Assembly: GCF_009914755.1 (NCBI RefSeq)
Contig: NC_060925.1
Origin: the human T2T-CHM13v2.0 reference genome, Homo sapiens
DNA length: 64,000 nt
Strand: one strand, 5' to 3'
The translations under genes and the position numbers were made by a program. The notes beneath the pieces were generated by a model, which had not been told where the DNA came from, made no database searches, and saw nothing but the letters and a program-made list of their open reading frames with translations. The stretch's first letter is position 1, and the number at the start of each line of letters is the position of its first letter. Positions 1 to 13,982 of the stretch are shown here, piece after piece.

Positions 1-485
1 GAGCGTTCTAAAAAACAAGTTGATATGTGGAGTTGAGGAGCCAGGAGAAGCAGGAGAAAAATAGGGAGAATGAAGGGGATGACATTTGTGGTCATAATGG
101 CTGGAGTGTTTGTAGAGCTGAATAAAGACATGTGTCCTCAGATTGAACAGGACCACCGGGTTCCACTCAGGGTTGAAAAATCATAGTAACAGTCAGAGTA
201 GTAGTAGTAGTTGTTGTAGTCGTAGTAAAAACTTACACATTGAAATATCACAGTGGCATTTCGAGTTCTCAAGCATAAAGACAAAAATTGAAAAGCTGCC
301 AGAGACAGGCTGTTATGAGTTAGGTCACAAAGGGGCTCTGAGATCAAGGAAAGAATTTTATTCCAAGAGCAATAGAAGCCACTAGAGGATCCTAAGAAGG
401 GAGAAGGATGGTGATAAAAATCTGACTTTTTACAGATGTTTTAGGTTACTGAGGGAGAGTAGATGATGGCAAAAAGACTTGATGG

Positions 486-790
486 GGTCAGGCATAGTGG
501 CTCACACCTGTAATCCCAGCACTTTGGGAGGCTGAGGTGGGAGAATCACTTGAGGCCAGGAGTTCAAGACCAGCCTGGCTGACATGGCAAAACCCCATCT
601 CTAATACAAATATAAAAATTAGCTGGGCATGGTGGCGCATGCCTGTAATCTCAGCTACTCAGGAGGCTGAGGCACAAGAATCAATTGAACTGGGGAGGTG
701 GAGATTGCGGTGAGCTGAGATTGCGCCATTGCACTCTAGCCTGGGTGACAGAGCAAGACTCTATCTCCAAATAATAATAAGAAGAAGAAA
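486..790 (+). mobile_element. Alu SINE (AluS/Jb-type), full length
   Basis: Dimeric Alu body GGTCAGGCATAGTGGCTCACACCTGTAATCCCAGC...; (AAT)/(GAA) tail; degenerate TSD ending TTGATGG on both sides. Confidence 0.95.
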
Positions 791-894
791 TTGATGGTTG
801 GGGCAATTGCGGAAGCAGGGAGAGAAGGTAAGAAGATATCAGATTTGTGCCATCAAGAGGTGAATGTTTATAACTATTAATATGAAAGTGAGTA

Positions 895-1115
895 TTGAGA
901 ACTTAAGTGTCCAGCACTAGTATAACCACTGTACATATGTTTATTTATTCCATATTCATTACAACCCTCTAAGGTAGGGTTGTCTATAATCTCCATATGA
1001 CAGATGAGAAAAGGGATGCCCAGAGAGGTTAAATAAGTTACTGGAGGTCACCCAGCCAGTAGGTGGCAAAGCTAAGGTTTGAACCTGGGTAATCTGGCTT
1101 CAGAGCCCAGGCTTT
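895..1115 (+). mobile_element. MIR SINE
   Basis: MIR core CAGATGAGAAAAGGGATGCCCAGAGAGGTTAAATAAGTT...GGTTTGAACCTGGG. Confidence 0.8.
1056..1069 (+). promoter_or_regulatory. CTCF-like motif inside MIR
   Basis: CCAGTAGGTGGCAA matches CCASYAGRKGGCRS at 13/14 positions; motif match only. Confidence 0.35.
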
Positions 1116-1149
1116 AATCAATACACATTAGGGCTTTGCACTGGAGTAT

Positions 1150-1790
1150 TAATAAAAAAGAATGGAGGAGTGGATGGGTTTGAGAGATAGTCTGGAGGCA
1201 GATTTGACAGGTCGATGATATGGGAATAAGGATAAGAAATGCATTAAAAATGATTCCTGTATTTTGACTTGGGCAATCTGGGGTACTCCTTACTGACATT
1301 GCAAGTCCCTGCTTAAATACAGTGTTTCCCATTGCATTTAGAATAAATCCACACTCTCCTCCATGACTTCTAAGCCCCTATGCTAATAGCCTGCTGAAAG
1401 TGACCAACCATCCAGTTTCCTCAGGATTGCTACTCTCCCACCCTCACCGCCCTTTTCTGCCCAGTCAGGCAGTGGGACTCTCCGATCTCCCACCTTTGAA
1501 CATGTTTCTGTGAGTAGACGGCTCTCTGTCCACACTTTGCACAGATGGCTTCCATCACTCCTCAGGTCTCAGTTTAAATGTCACCTCTCGCAGGGCCCTT
1601 CCTGACGACACTATTGCATATAGTCCACCATCAATTCTCTATCTTACTCATTCCCCACCCTCCAAAACTGATCACAGGCTCAAGGACTTGTGGAATTCGT
1701 CGCTGGGTTGCACCCTCCTTGAGTGCAGGGCCCAGGTCTGTCTTGTTCACCTGCCTGAAGCAGGCACTTGCCATGCAGTTGTTGAAAGAA
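1150..1790. mobile_element. L2 LINE fragments (minus then plus strand)
   Basis: Purine-rich L2 antisense-like block (1150-1300), then pyrimidine-rich L2 3' region (CTCAGGTCTCAGTTTAAATGTCACCTC...GTCTTGTTCACC). Confidence 0.6.
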
Positions 1791-2284
1791 GGGCTCTGGG
1801 GATGAAGTAAGAAAAATTGACAATAGTTGCAGCAGGAGACATTTTACCAGCATATCAGGAAAGACTTCTCCACTGGAAGTTGCTAGGAAAGGTTACCAAG
1901 AGAGCTTGCAGCAAAGACATATTCAGAAATTAAGGCTTCTAATGATATCCTTAGCATTTTTTCCCTCTGCTTCTGCATCTCTGGCTTGCTCTAATCACAG
2001 TTAAGGAGTCAGCTGAGACCCACAGGGATCTTGGGCTTGCTGATAGGACAGATTATAAATTCTGCAAACTGTTTTCTACCTGACACCTTCCTTCTGCTTG
2101 GCCTTACTCTTAGAAAGAGCGCTACTGAAATTTAAGGAAGCCACAGCATTGACGTTATCAAACGACTGCTTCATTTCATTTGTATCACAGATAAAAGTAG
2201 TTAATATTTCTCTGCTGTTTAACTTTTCTTTGATGCATGCATATCCTATGTAGTCTTGTTTTTGTTGTTTTAAACCCTATCTCT

Positions 2285-2465
2285 TGCTCACAACAGTGAA
2301 AAATTGGAAACCAAATAAAAATCCAATAATATTTGATTGGGTAAATGAATTTGAGCTCATCCCTAGAGTAAAATACCCTAGAACCATTAAACGCAATTAG
2401 GTAGATCTATGTTTATTGACATGAAAACATGTCCATAATAAATTGGTAAATTTTAAAAAAGCTTA
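2285..2465 (+). mobile_element. Old L1M 3' fragment
   Basis: AAAAATTGGAAACCAAATAAAAATCCAATAAT...GTAGATCTATGTTTATTGACATG resembles L1ME 3' region. Confidence 0.55.
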
Positions 2466-3842
2466 GAAGAAAGTACACAGAAATATTAACAGAAGTGATC
2501 TCTGAACAGTGAGATAATAGTTTTTATTTCATCCTTTCTTTTTTTTGAATTTCTATAGTATGTTATTTTCACAACTAGTAGGGGAAAACACTTCCCCATA
2601 TGGAAAAAAATTTTAAAAACAAGTTTAGAAGAAATACATGTCTTACTTGCTAACATTTATTATTCTATGGAACTACCCCTAGTCTCCTAAAAGGGCAGCA
2701 AATTTGGATTGAGCCCAGTTTGTTTCTGCATATGCATATGTTATTTGTAATATATTGGTAACATATAGGCAAACACAGAAAGCCTACTGTTAAAATGTGT
2801 AATATGGCATGTGCTTTGTGAAGCAAGTGCAATTGTGTGTCTATATACATTTTGTATGCATATATCTTGTCCTGTATTCAGTATATTGTTTTTACTGAAT
2901 TTATTTTTCTAAGCGAAGTACTTAATGCACAGCCTATTGAGATAACTGATTCATATTGCAATCCTCTCCACCACACCTGTGCTGGAAGTGAACACCCACC
3001 AAGAGTCTTGGTTACTTTTTTTTTTTTAATTTAATGATAATTTTTTGAAAGATAAAGCACCCAGCTGGCTGGCTCCATGGAGGACTATAGAGCTCCTGAC
3101 AGCCTCATTAGTATTTGTTACTCAAACACAAACTTTCCTCAAGCGTTCCCAACACACCTGTGCTTCTTTCCTTTGATTGGCGCATGGCCTCTCCTGGTGC
3201 ATGGCCTCTCCCGGCCCAATTTATCTTAGGGAGTGGTGTGCCTATTGGGTTAGATAATGAATGATGAGCAAAGATGGCCTTCAGAGATCTGGTTTTGCAT
3301 CTCCACTGATAATGGTTCTCAGTTTTCACTGCCTGTGACAGACATTTCTTTTGAGCCATTTTTAATGTTCATTATTTTTTTCTTTAGCTAAACCTCTCGT
3401 CTTTCCTCTTTCCTTTTCTTCTTTTCCTCCACCTCTTTCCAACTCCAACTCAAAGTTTCTCTCTCACACAAGAAAGCACATGAGGTGTTTATCAGTTGAT
3501 ATTAGTAGTTGCAAATCTGCAGTGAGCTGTTAATGCACCCAGCACTCTAATTCCAGAGCATCGGACAGTCCCTGTGTCTCCAATGACATAGCTGACTGGC
3601 ACTGGGCCCTGGCTGCCCCGGAGCAGCTGGTGGAGCCTGGCGGCTGCTCCCCAGGTCAAACCACCTACCCCCACTTTCATTCCCACCTCAGCCAGTCTGT
3701 CCTGCTCCTGAAAGGGACCTTTGTGTATGGACTCTGCAGACAAAGCCCCAGCATCAGTGCATCTCATCATTGGTTCATTTGGACTCCAACTCACTCAATC
3801 TAAGAAAGCCAGGTGAGATCCCCTGCCTTGGTACATTGTTCG

Positions 3843-4135
3843 TTTCTTTTCTTGAGGTGAAGTTTCGCTCTTGTTGCCCAGGCTGGAGTGCAATGGCAGG
3901 ATCTCGGCTCACTGCAACCTCCGCATCCCAGGTTGAGGTGATTCTCCTGCCTTAGCCTCCCGAGTAGCTGGGATTACAGGCATGCACCACCACACCTGGC
4001 TAATTTTGTATTTTTAGTAGAGACAGGGTTTCTCCATGTTGGTCAGGCTGGTCTCAAATTCCCGACCTCAGGTGATCCGCCTGCCTCGGCCTCCCAAAGT
4101 GCTGGGATTACAGGCGTGAGCCACTGCGCCTGGCC
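3843..4135 (-). mobile_element. AluSp-like SINE
   Basis: Antisense Alu with CTCTTGTTGCCCAGG, GGTTTCTCCATGTTGGTCAGG and CCCGACCTCAGG (Sp-type positions). Confidence 0.93.
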
Positions 4136-4169
4136 CCTCGTTTTTTATTTTCTTTACTTATTTTATTTT

Positions 4170-4400
4170 CACAAACATGGAGTGCTTCTTAAATGCCAGA
4201 TTCTGTGTAATCACTTTAATTTATGGAATCCTCTTAACCCAATGAGGTAAGTATCAACATCATTCCCATGTTTCAGATGGAAACTAGAGCAAGACGGGGG
4301 TCAGTAATCAACCCAAGACAACCACACAGGGTGAGTCCTGGAGGCAGGATTAGAACCAAGGCTGGCTCAGGAGCTCCTGCATTCAAGCTGCACACTATGT
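4170..4400 (+). mobile_element. MIR SINE
   Basis: ATGAGGTAAGTATCAACATCATTCCCATGTTTCAGATGGAAAC...GGATTAGAACCAAGG. Confidence 0.7.
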
Positions 4401-4942
4401 CCCTGGCTCTTCCTTGTCTGGGGTAGAACTGCAGGAGACACACGTGCGTTCTGCTACAGTTCAGGCTGCTTAGGAACAGCCATCAGTTTTCATCAGTTCC
4501 TCTTCTGAAGTTTTTAGGGAAGGCATTCTAAATATGTGACTAGCTGAGACAGCATTACCAACCTGGTCTCGCCTGGTGTGGGAATCACAGGAAAGCAGGC
4601 TTGTTCAGAAGGAAGCTTCTCCTGTATTGGAGGAGGGCTCTGTGATACCCCAGGTGCTGGGGTGCAGGGAAGAGAGCAGGGATGGTGTGGGGAGAACAAG
4701 TTCTGGATCCAGTGGAACTACTCACTTGCTAGGTGACTTTCTGAAATGTCCCTTAACTTCTGTGGGGAGTGTTTGGGTCTACAAGATGGGAACATTATTA
4801 TTTTAGCTAGTGACCTCAGGAGTGTCAGAAAGGAGGCAGCTAGTATTCCAAAGGGCATATATTACAGGTAAGTCACTATGCTAGATATTTTCACATTTCC
4901 CCTATTGAAGCAATAACCATGGGAAGATAAAAATCATGATCA

Positions 4943-5190
<248 letters not shown>

Positions 5191-7054
5191 TCATCATAGA
5201 TAGGAAAGTGTTTTAGAAAATTGGGTGCTTTGCAAATATAAGGAATTCTTATGATAAAAAGTATGTTGCATTATACTAGATAATAAATAATAAGAAGCCT
5301 ATCGTGACGTATTTTAAGTGGTTATGGACTGTATTCCCAAAATGAGATAGACAGTGAAAAATGGATTCTGTATAATGCATCAAATAGATTTTGGAAGAGT
5401 GGAGTGCGAGAGGAAATATCCAGTGTCTGCATACAGTAGGGGATCAATAAATACTTCATTAGAAGTGGATAATAGAGAATGGCTTCAGGGCACAGCCATG
5501 AACCTAAGTCGTAAGCCCTTTTCCTCTCCCACGAGTGTGTACTTAGGACTGAAGGCTACACTACATTACCCAACAGTTGCTAGTCTTCACTCCTTAATCC
5601 TTTTCTTTTAAAATTGTATTAATTACTCACTTCTGGAATGTGTAATATGCTTCAGTCTTGGTTCTAGATATAAGAATATGTTTGAAAGTTTAAGAAATGA
5701 TGGTATTTCAATTAGAGGAAAGAGATGGGGATTTCAGGCTGAAACAGAGATTCACATCCCTCGATTTGACAAAGTAATAATTGACTCGAGAGTCCAGGGC
5801 CTTCTGAAAAGGTGGCCTTCACTAAAAACAAAATGTTATCCCATAACCCAATAAACTTAGGTACAACTCAATGTGCACTAAAGTAATTTTAGAAACCATC
5901 ATTTCATTTCAGCAGTAAATGCAGCTCAAAGTGGTATGAATTCCCCATTAAGATGATATGGTAGGGAGAGTGAAAGAATCTTTCAGTACAATCCATTTAT
6001 TTTAGTGTCCCAAATGTTCATAGCAACAGGAGCAAACGTGGTTGCAGCTGCCATTATGGTCAGCCTCCTGTCACCGTGGGAAATGGATGGCCTCTCCTTA
6101 GCCACCAACCTGCACTGCCTCCACAACAGAGGATTCATCAGTGTTCTCCAGAGAGTGGAATAGAAATCACATTTGGGTGTGTTGCAAATTAAACTTTTAA
6201 TAGAAAACCCAAGAAAGAAGCTTTGCACATTTATTTTATGGGTTACTGCTTTTGGAGAAGGAAAAGAGATTGGAAGTAGGATAGTGCAGTTAAGACTGGT
6301 TGACCCGTTCTTTGAAAATCTTCCTTTTGGAATATTTGCATGCTTCCTGAAACTTGAGGTTTCTTTTCCATTTCACTCTGGTTTTCTCATTATTTTCCAA
6401 ATAATCACCAGAAATGACTTCTTCACGATTATTCTTTCTCCTCACAAACACTTCTGAGGCTTCTGAGCCATACCTTGTATAGGACATGCCAGGATTCATT
6501 TGTTATTTCTGACCTTTGAAAAAGAAATCATGGAGCACAGACAAGGTAGTGCAGACAACCTTTTCTTCAAAGGAGAATGGTCCATTTATATGGCTACTAA
6601 ACTGCTAATGTCTTTACTTTAAAATAGTAAATAAAACTGACATTAAGTTATGACAGATTAAAAATCAGGCAAAATAATTTGATCTTTATTTCTTCCACAA
6701 GGAGAAACAAATTTGTTTTATATTTTATTTAATCTTCCCTTTTCTCTGGCTATCCTATTTTTGTAAATGAAAAAGAAAATATTTAGTCATATGGCCTTAG
6801 AATTATTAAAAGGTGACAAATGTAAAGAATGGTTCAACTTCTGGGATTAAAAAAACCTTTTATTTATATCTATGGAATTACAGAATTAACAAGGCATGGA
6901 CTAATTTCTGCCCAGGCATGTAGAGTCGCAAAGTTATGGCATATTTCAGCTGGCATAATTCATGTGATAGGTGACACCTAATTAGAAAAGATAATATTGG
7001 AACTCAGTTCTGCTAGCCTCTTGCAGACTTGCAAGAATGGAGAAGAGGGAAGTG

Positions 7055-7460
7055 TACTAGGGAATGCTAACTGCTGTCACAGATAAACTGAAATCTCAGC
7101 AACTTAACTAATAAAATCTGATTTCTTGCCAATATGAAGTTCTAAGAAGGTGTTCTTGATTTCCTGGAAGTCCAAGACATTATGTGGCCTTCCATGCAGC
7201 TGGTCACTCAGGGAGCCAGGCTGCTTCTATCTCCAATTCTTCATTCAGGAGGCAGATGGGGAAGAGGCTGAAAGTTGCAGGTGGTAGGTTAATAAAGGCC
7301 ATGACTGAGCAGCCATCACTTACACCTACATGTAATTCACTGGTACTTTAAGTCTCATGACTGTAATAAGCCCAAAGAAGGCTGGAAAATGTAATTCAGC
7401 TGTGTTCTCAGGAGAGCGAGGAAATGGGTTTAGTAGTCAGCTCACCTAGTCTCTGGCACA
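7055..7460 (-). mobile_element. MLT1 (MLT1K-like) MaLR LTR
   Basis: GGTCACTCAGGGAGCCAGGCT and GGCTGGAAAATGTAATTCAGCTGTG motifs; similar to copies at 33927-34342 and 54912-55426. Confidence 0.65.
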
Positions 7461-7782
7461 GGGAGCAAAGTCCCTGAGTATCAGGAATGATAAAGTAGAG
7501 CTTGAAGGAAGATTCAGGAGTTGGGTCAATTTACAGCAGAAGAGGAAGCTGTGAAGAGGTAATAAAAATGTTCACTATTGTCATGAACTAATGTATGGCA
7601 ATTCCCATTGTTCCATGCCCTAGCCTGCATCATAATTGTTAGAAATTTCCAATTTAATTTATTGTAAAGATTTTTTAATGGAATTGATACACTGTGGCAG
7701 TGAAAACAGGATTTTCTGTATAGCCAGCATTGCGAAAACACATCCTGTTGGTGAACACATACATCAATTAAAATGTCACCCA

Positions 7783-8216
<434 letters not shown>

Positions 8217-8870
8217 AAAAAAGCCACCCAAAGATAGGTAAACATTACTGCATGGGCAATGTATATTCCTACCTGTAAGTAATGAGTTATCAAGGGAATA
8301 ATTACAGAATCAAATTTCTCATTTCCATTTTTAATTTTTCAGTAATATAACTATGTAAGAGAAAATTTAGAAAATACAACAGGTTAATATTTTCTTTAAT
8401 CTGTGTTCTAGTCCACAAAGTCAGCTGACTTTTTGTTTTTTTCTTTTCTGATTTTTTAAAAAAGAAATATAGATGCATGCAGAACAGAAACAGAATAATT
8501 GTACTTATATTTCACCTGCAGTTTTGAATTTTGGTCAATAATAATTAGAAAAGTTATTCTTCCTGCTCAGTATTCATTGCAGTGGCCTCACCACACCAGT
8601 AGAAGAAAGAAAATCTTTGGTAAAATTGTCCTATTCTCAAAGTGGACTCTTTGGTGATTTGTTGTAGCCTCCCTCTCTCTGAATGTAATGGTAACAGCTT
8701 TAGAGTCTATGGTAACTAGACATCATCATCCTCTTAATCTTACCAAGAGGAAGTATAGTTAAAACAAGTGTTTTAAAAAAAATAAAATCTTTTAGTTTTT
8801 ATAACATTTTTAAACAAAATTATAATTTTCCTTTTATGTATACCCAGTACCATCCCTTTTAAACCTAACT

Positions 8871-8936
8871 TCATGAGCATTTTCTTTTTTTTTTTTTTCA
8901 AATTCCCTATTCTGAGAAGCACTCGTGAGCATTTTC
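8871..8936 (-). mobile_element. TSD-flanked 38-bp poly(A)-tailed micro-insertion of unknown source
   Basis: TCATGAGCATTTTC (8871-8884) and TCGTGAGCATTTTC (8923-8936) flank T14 plus 24 unique nt. Confidence 0.65.
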
Positions 8937-9110
8937 CCATGCCATTAAACATTCTTCAAATTGAGTTGTTGATAGCTGTATAATATGCCATAACGTGGCC
9001 ATGCCTGCATTGAATCAGCCATTCTCCTATAACCGAGCACTCAGGTTGCTTCCAGGTTTTTCTTTGCTCTAAATAACTCTGTGATAAATGGTAGAGTAAA
9101 TGATTCTGTG
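8937..9110 (-). mobile_element. Old L1M fragment
   Basis: GATAGCTGTATAATATGCCAT...CTCAGGTTGCTTCCAGGTTTT resembles antisense L1ME. Confidence 0.6.
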
Positions 9111-9127
9111 CATTTCTACATCCTTTC

Positions 9128-9553
<426 letters not shown>

Positions 9554-9640
9554 TAGTATGCTGAACCCTTTTGCTGTAGTGATTCTGAATGTCCCCTCCC
9601 AACCCGAGCATCATGTTTTTCAAAGCTTTGCTGTGATGAT

Positions 9641-9890
9641 CAAAATATCAAAACTTGAAATGAAGGCAGAATTTAACCCTACACTTGCACAATATGATCT
9701 CACTCACTCACTCACTCACCTATTTTGTCTTTATTTCAAATTTTGATATTTTGTACCTTGTGAACTATTTTTGCATTAATCAAAAATATATTGTTTTAAA
9801 ATGTTATCTTGATTACCGAGTTTTTTGGCACCCCTTTAAATTTGGGGGCTGGGTGAGCGCCCCTTTCACTTCATCTGTATCCTGGCCATT
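9641..9890. mobile_element. MER96B-like hAT non-autonomous DNA transposon
   Basis: Minus strand reads AAATTTAAAGGGGTGCCAAAAAACTCGGTAATCAAGATAAC, matching my recall of MER96B; contains an internal 32-bp inverted repeat. Confidence 0.6.
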
Positions 9891-10577
9891 TTAGAATCCT
9901 GGTGAGTTGGAACATTCTAGAATGCCCAGGGACATTCTAATATCTGAGAAAAAAACATCTTAGGACTTAGATTACTAAGCTTATGAAAGATCAAAGACGA
10001 TCAAGAGCTAGAGGGCCACACAAGACCTGCTGTGGGGTGGTTCACAAATGGCTGAAAATGGACAGGCCAAGGAGGGCCCATGCTGGCTGATGGCAGATAA
10101 TGGTGGTATCAGAACTTGCTTTGAAGCTTTTGCAACAAGACGTTCTATTCTCCTGATGCACATGCTTCACAAAGATTCCCCCTGAAACTGCCATTCCCCT
10201 CTCATTTGTTGAAAATATCGTTTACTGGAGCTGTGCACCCTATTACTTTTGGCTTTGATCTTTTTGAGTCTAATCACGGACTAAGAGTGTCCATGCTGTT
10301 TGGGCTGATTTAACACCAAAGCAAAGGAGGATTATCTCCTGTATTCATAATGATACTTCTCCATCCCCTAAGGTGGAGGAGACAAAGGCTAATGGTTCGC
10401 AGAAGGATGGTAACCGGACATAATGTACAGCTATCTGTGTTTAGAAATCAAGTTATCATTTTAATTCTAGAAGTATTTCTCATATAAACATATACATGGT
10501 TGTCAATAGTAAAGGTTATATAAAAAATAGCTCTTTAAAATTATCAAGGTAGTTTGCACAATGCTAAATATTAACTC

Positions 10578-10800
10578 TCATTCATTGACTCATTCATTCA
10601 CTCGTTGACTCGTTCACTTATTTATTTACTGGGCATTTATTATGTGCCAGATATGGTAGGTAGCCTCTGAGTAGACAGAGTGAAAAAAAGCCGGTAGTCT
10701 CTACTCTCACAGAGTTGACAGTTGGGTGGGAGAGATAGATAATAAATGAAATAATCACTTTGTAATTACAAATAGCAATGAGTATAAGAAAAGAGTAAAG
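10578..10800 (-). mobile_element. L2 3' end
   Basis: (CATT)n-like tail followed by TTTACTGGGCATTTATTATGTGCCAG. Confidence 0.75.
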
Positions 10801-12258
10801 TGCCCTGAATGTCTTCTTAATGTCCTGCACTTTGCCAAGCTGAGCTTTTATTGTCTTTTCATCCTGAGAATAATGCTGCAGCATGGATATAATTTTCTGC
10901 ATTTAACTGATGGTAAAATAAAGGGTAGTCTCAGCCAGCAACATGCTGAGGGTCTCCTAGAGATAGGTAGAAGTGGAGGTGGGTTTATAACTTGAGGGGT
11001 TGAGTCACGGCCTATGGTCTTACCTCTCCAAGAGTTGCTTCTTCAATCATTTGCTACCCAAACTCCATTCTCATGCCCCACAACCCCCTTGAGATTCTAA
11101 GAGGTTCATAGACATTCCTGCATTCTTACTTTGAGTTAGGAACTATGATGAGAATTGAACACAAGAGCCTCGCAGGACATCACAGTGTCTGTTTTAGAGA
11201 ACATGTTGCTATGCAACTGAATGCTTGTACATTATCTCTGCTCCCCTATGCCCCCACCACTACCCTGCTCTAGAACTTGGGGAGGTCAAGCAAAGGAAAA
11301 TTAGGATCTCGGCTGCTATGCCGAGTAGCTGTGGTTACCCAGATCCCTCCTTCGTGCTGACCCATCACAGCAAAGGAAAAAAAGAGAACCTTTCAGGAAT
11401 ACCTCAAGATTTTTCTATTAGTACATCAGCTCCATTCCATTGAGAAACCAGAACCAGAAACCACACTGTCACCCACCAGTTAGGTGACTTACTCGCTACT
11501 CCTCGGTGTGGCATGGGGGAGACTGGCCCAAGAGGCCTGGAGGTCCCTCCACGTGGAAATATAAGAACCAGGGGAGATGTTTTTTTCCAGCATACCCCAT
11601 CTCCATTTCAGTAAGTAAAACCCTATGCCTTCTGGGCAGCTATAACCTTTGGAAAAATCTGCCTGCCCTTCACAAATACTTTTTAAATTTATATGCATTT
11701 TCTTTTATAGAGATAAGGATTATAATATTAATAAATTAAGGCATAAAAACACCAGTTTAAATAATCAAGGGAGTAGTGTAGATAACTATAGTGCAAATGT
11801 GGCACTAATAAATTTACTACTAACAATTTCTTATCTACAGACCTGGACCAAAGTTCCAATTATGTAGGCAGGTGAATATCAGGATAACAGTTCATGTATT
11901 TATAACTGGTAATTGTAATTGTTTGTATAGCAGTTCAATATTGGCTATTAATATGCACCTGGCTATGTATACCCATGCAAAGGTGGCCTACATCACTGTG
12001 TCCCCAATGATGACAATCTGGACATCAGCATACAGCCAGGCCTGTTATTGGTACCCACTGAGAGTTGCCCTTCCAGACGAGCTGCTACTGTTTGTGGGGC
12101 CTGGAACTGTGAATGACTGATCCTTGGGTTTTATGTCTCCCTCTGATGTAGCTTCATCTTGTCCCTGCCCAGATTCATTCCTTCAGCAGGCATTCATATG
12201 CCTGTTTGAGGCCAGCGGTGGTGCTGGTTTCTGTAGCATGATGAGAAAGGAAGATACT

Positions 12259-12623
12259 TGATATGGTTTGGCTGTGTCCCCACCCAAATCTCATCTTGAA
12301 TTGTAGCTCCTATAATCCCCACATATCATGAGAGGGACACAGTGGGAGGTAATTGAATCATAGGGGTGGGTTTTTCCCATGCTGTTCTTGTGATGGTGAA
12401 TAAGTCTCATGAGAGCTGATGGTTTTATAAAGGCCAGTTCCCCTGCACATGCTGTCTTGCCTGCTGCCATGTAAGATGTGCCTTTGCTCCTCCTTCGCCT
12501 TCTGCCATGATTGTGAGGCTTCCCCAGCCATGTGGAACTGTGAGTCCATTAAACCTCTTTTTCTTTATAAATTACCCAGTCTCGGGTATGTCTTTATTAG
12601 CAGTGTGAGAATGCACTAATACA
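12259..12623 (+). mobile_element. THE1C/D solo LTR (MaLR)
   Basis: TGATATGGTTTGGCTGTGTCCCCACCCAAATCTCATCTTGAATTGTAG...CTAATACA; 5-bp TSD ATACT/ACACT. Confidence 0.93.
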
Positions 12624-12740
12624 ACACTTACATAGTCATCCTGCAGTTGGATGCCTGCTACAGTGGAGGTGAAACAAATTGTGAACAATGGGGTCTAAAC
12701 CTTCTCCCTAATGAATATATTAATTAAACATGCATATGGG

Positions 12741-13704
<964 letters not shown>

Positions 13705-13786
13705 TATCTTTTTTTAATTTGTAATTTTTATTTCAAGAATAGGGAAGATAAGACTGGGAAATACATTGACGGCAGAGAACTAGGGT

Positions 13787-13982
13787 CAGTGGTCCTCTGG
13801 AGATGTCTTGTATGGGCTTGAGAGAGCTGATTAATTGAATGTTCCAGGATTTGACCTGTTGTTAAACTATTAATAGCTTAAAATTGGCCATGATGGGAAT
13901 ATTTACACCATGGAAATAAGCAAATGCTACAAATCGGGGCTTCTCTCCTACAAAATTTTCCAAATTTATCAGCTTACCACTT
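13787..13982 (+). mobile_element. MER63A-like hAT DNA transposon
   Basis: CAGTGGT...ACCACT termini; ATTGGCCATGATGGGAATATTTACACCATGGAAATAAGCAAATGCTACAAATC core. Confidence 0.7.

Noticed and set aside
11205-11217. RFX X-box-like GTTGCTATGCAAC
   Set aside because: Imperfect half-site and isolated; too weak to call.
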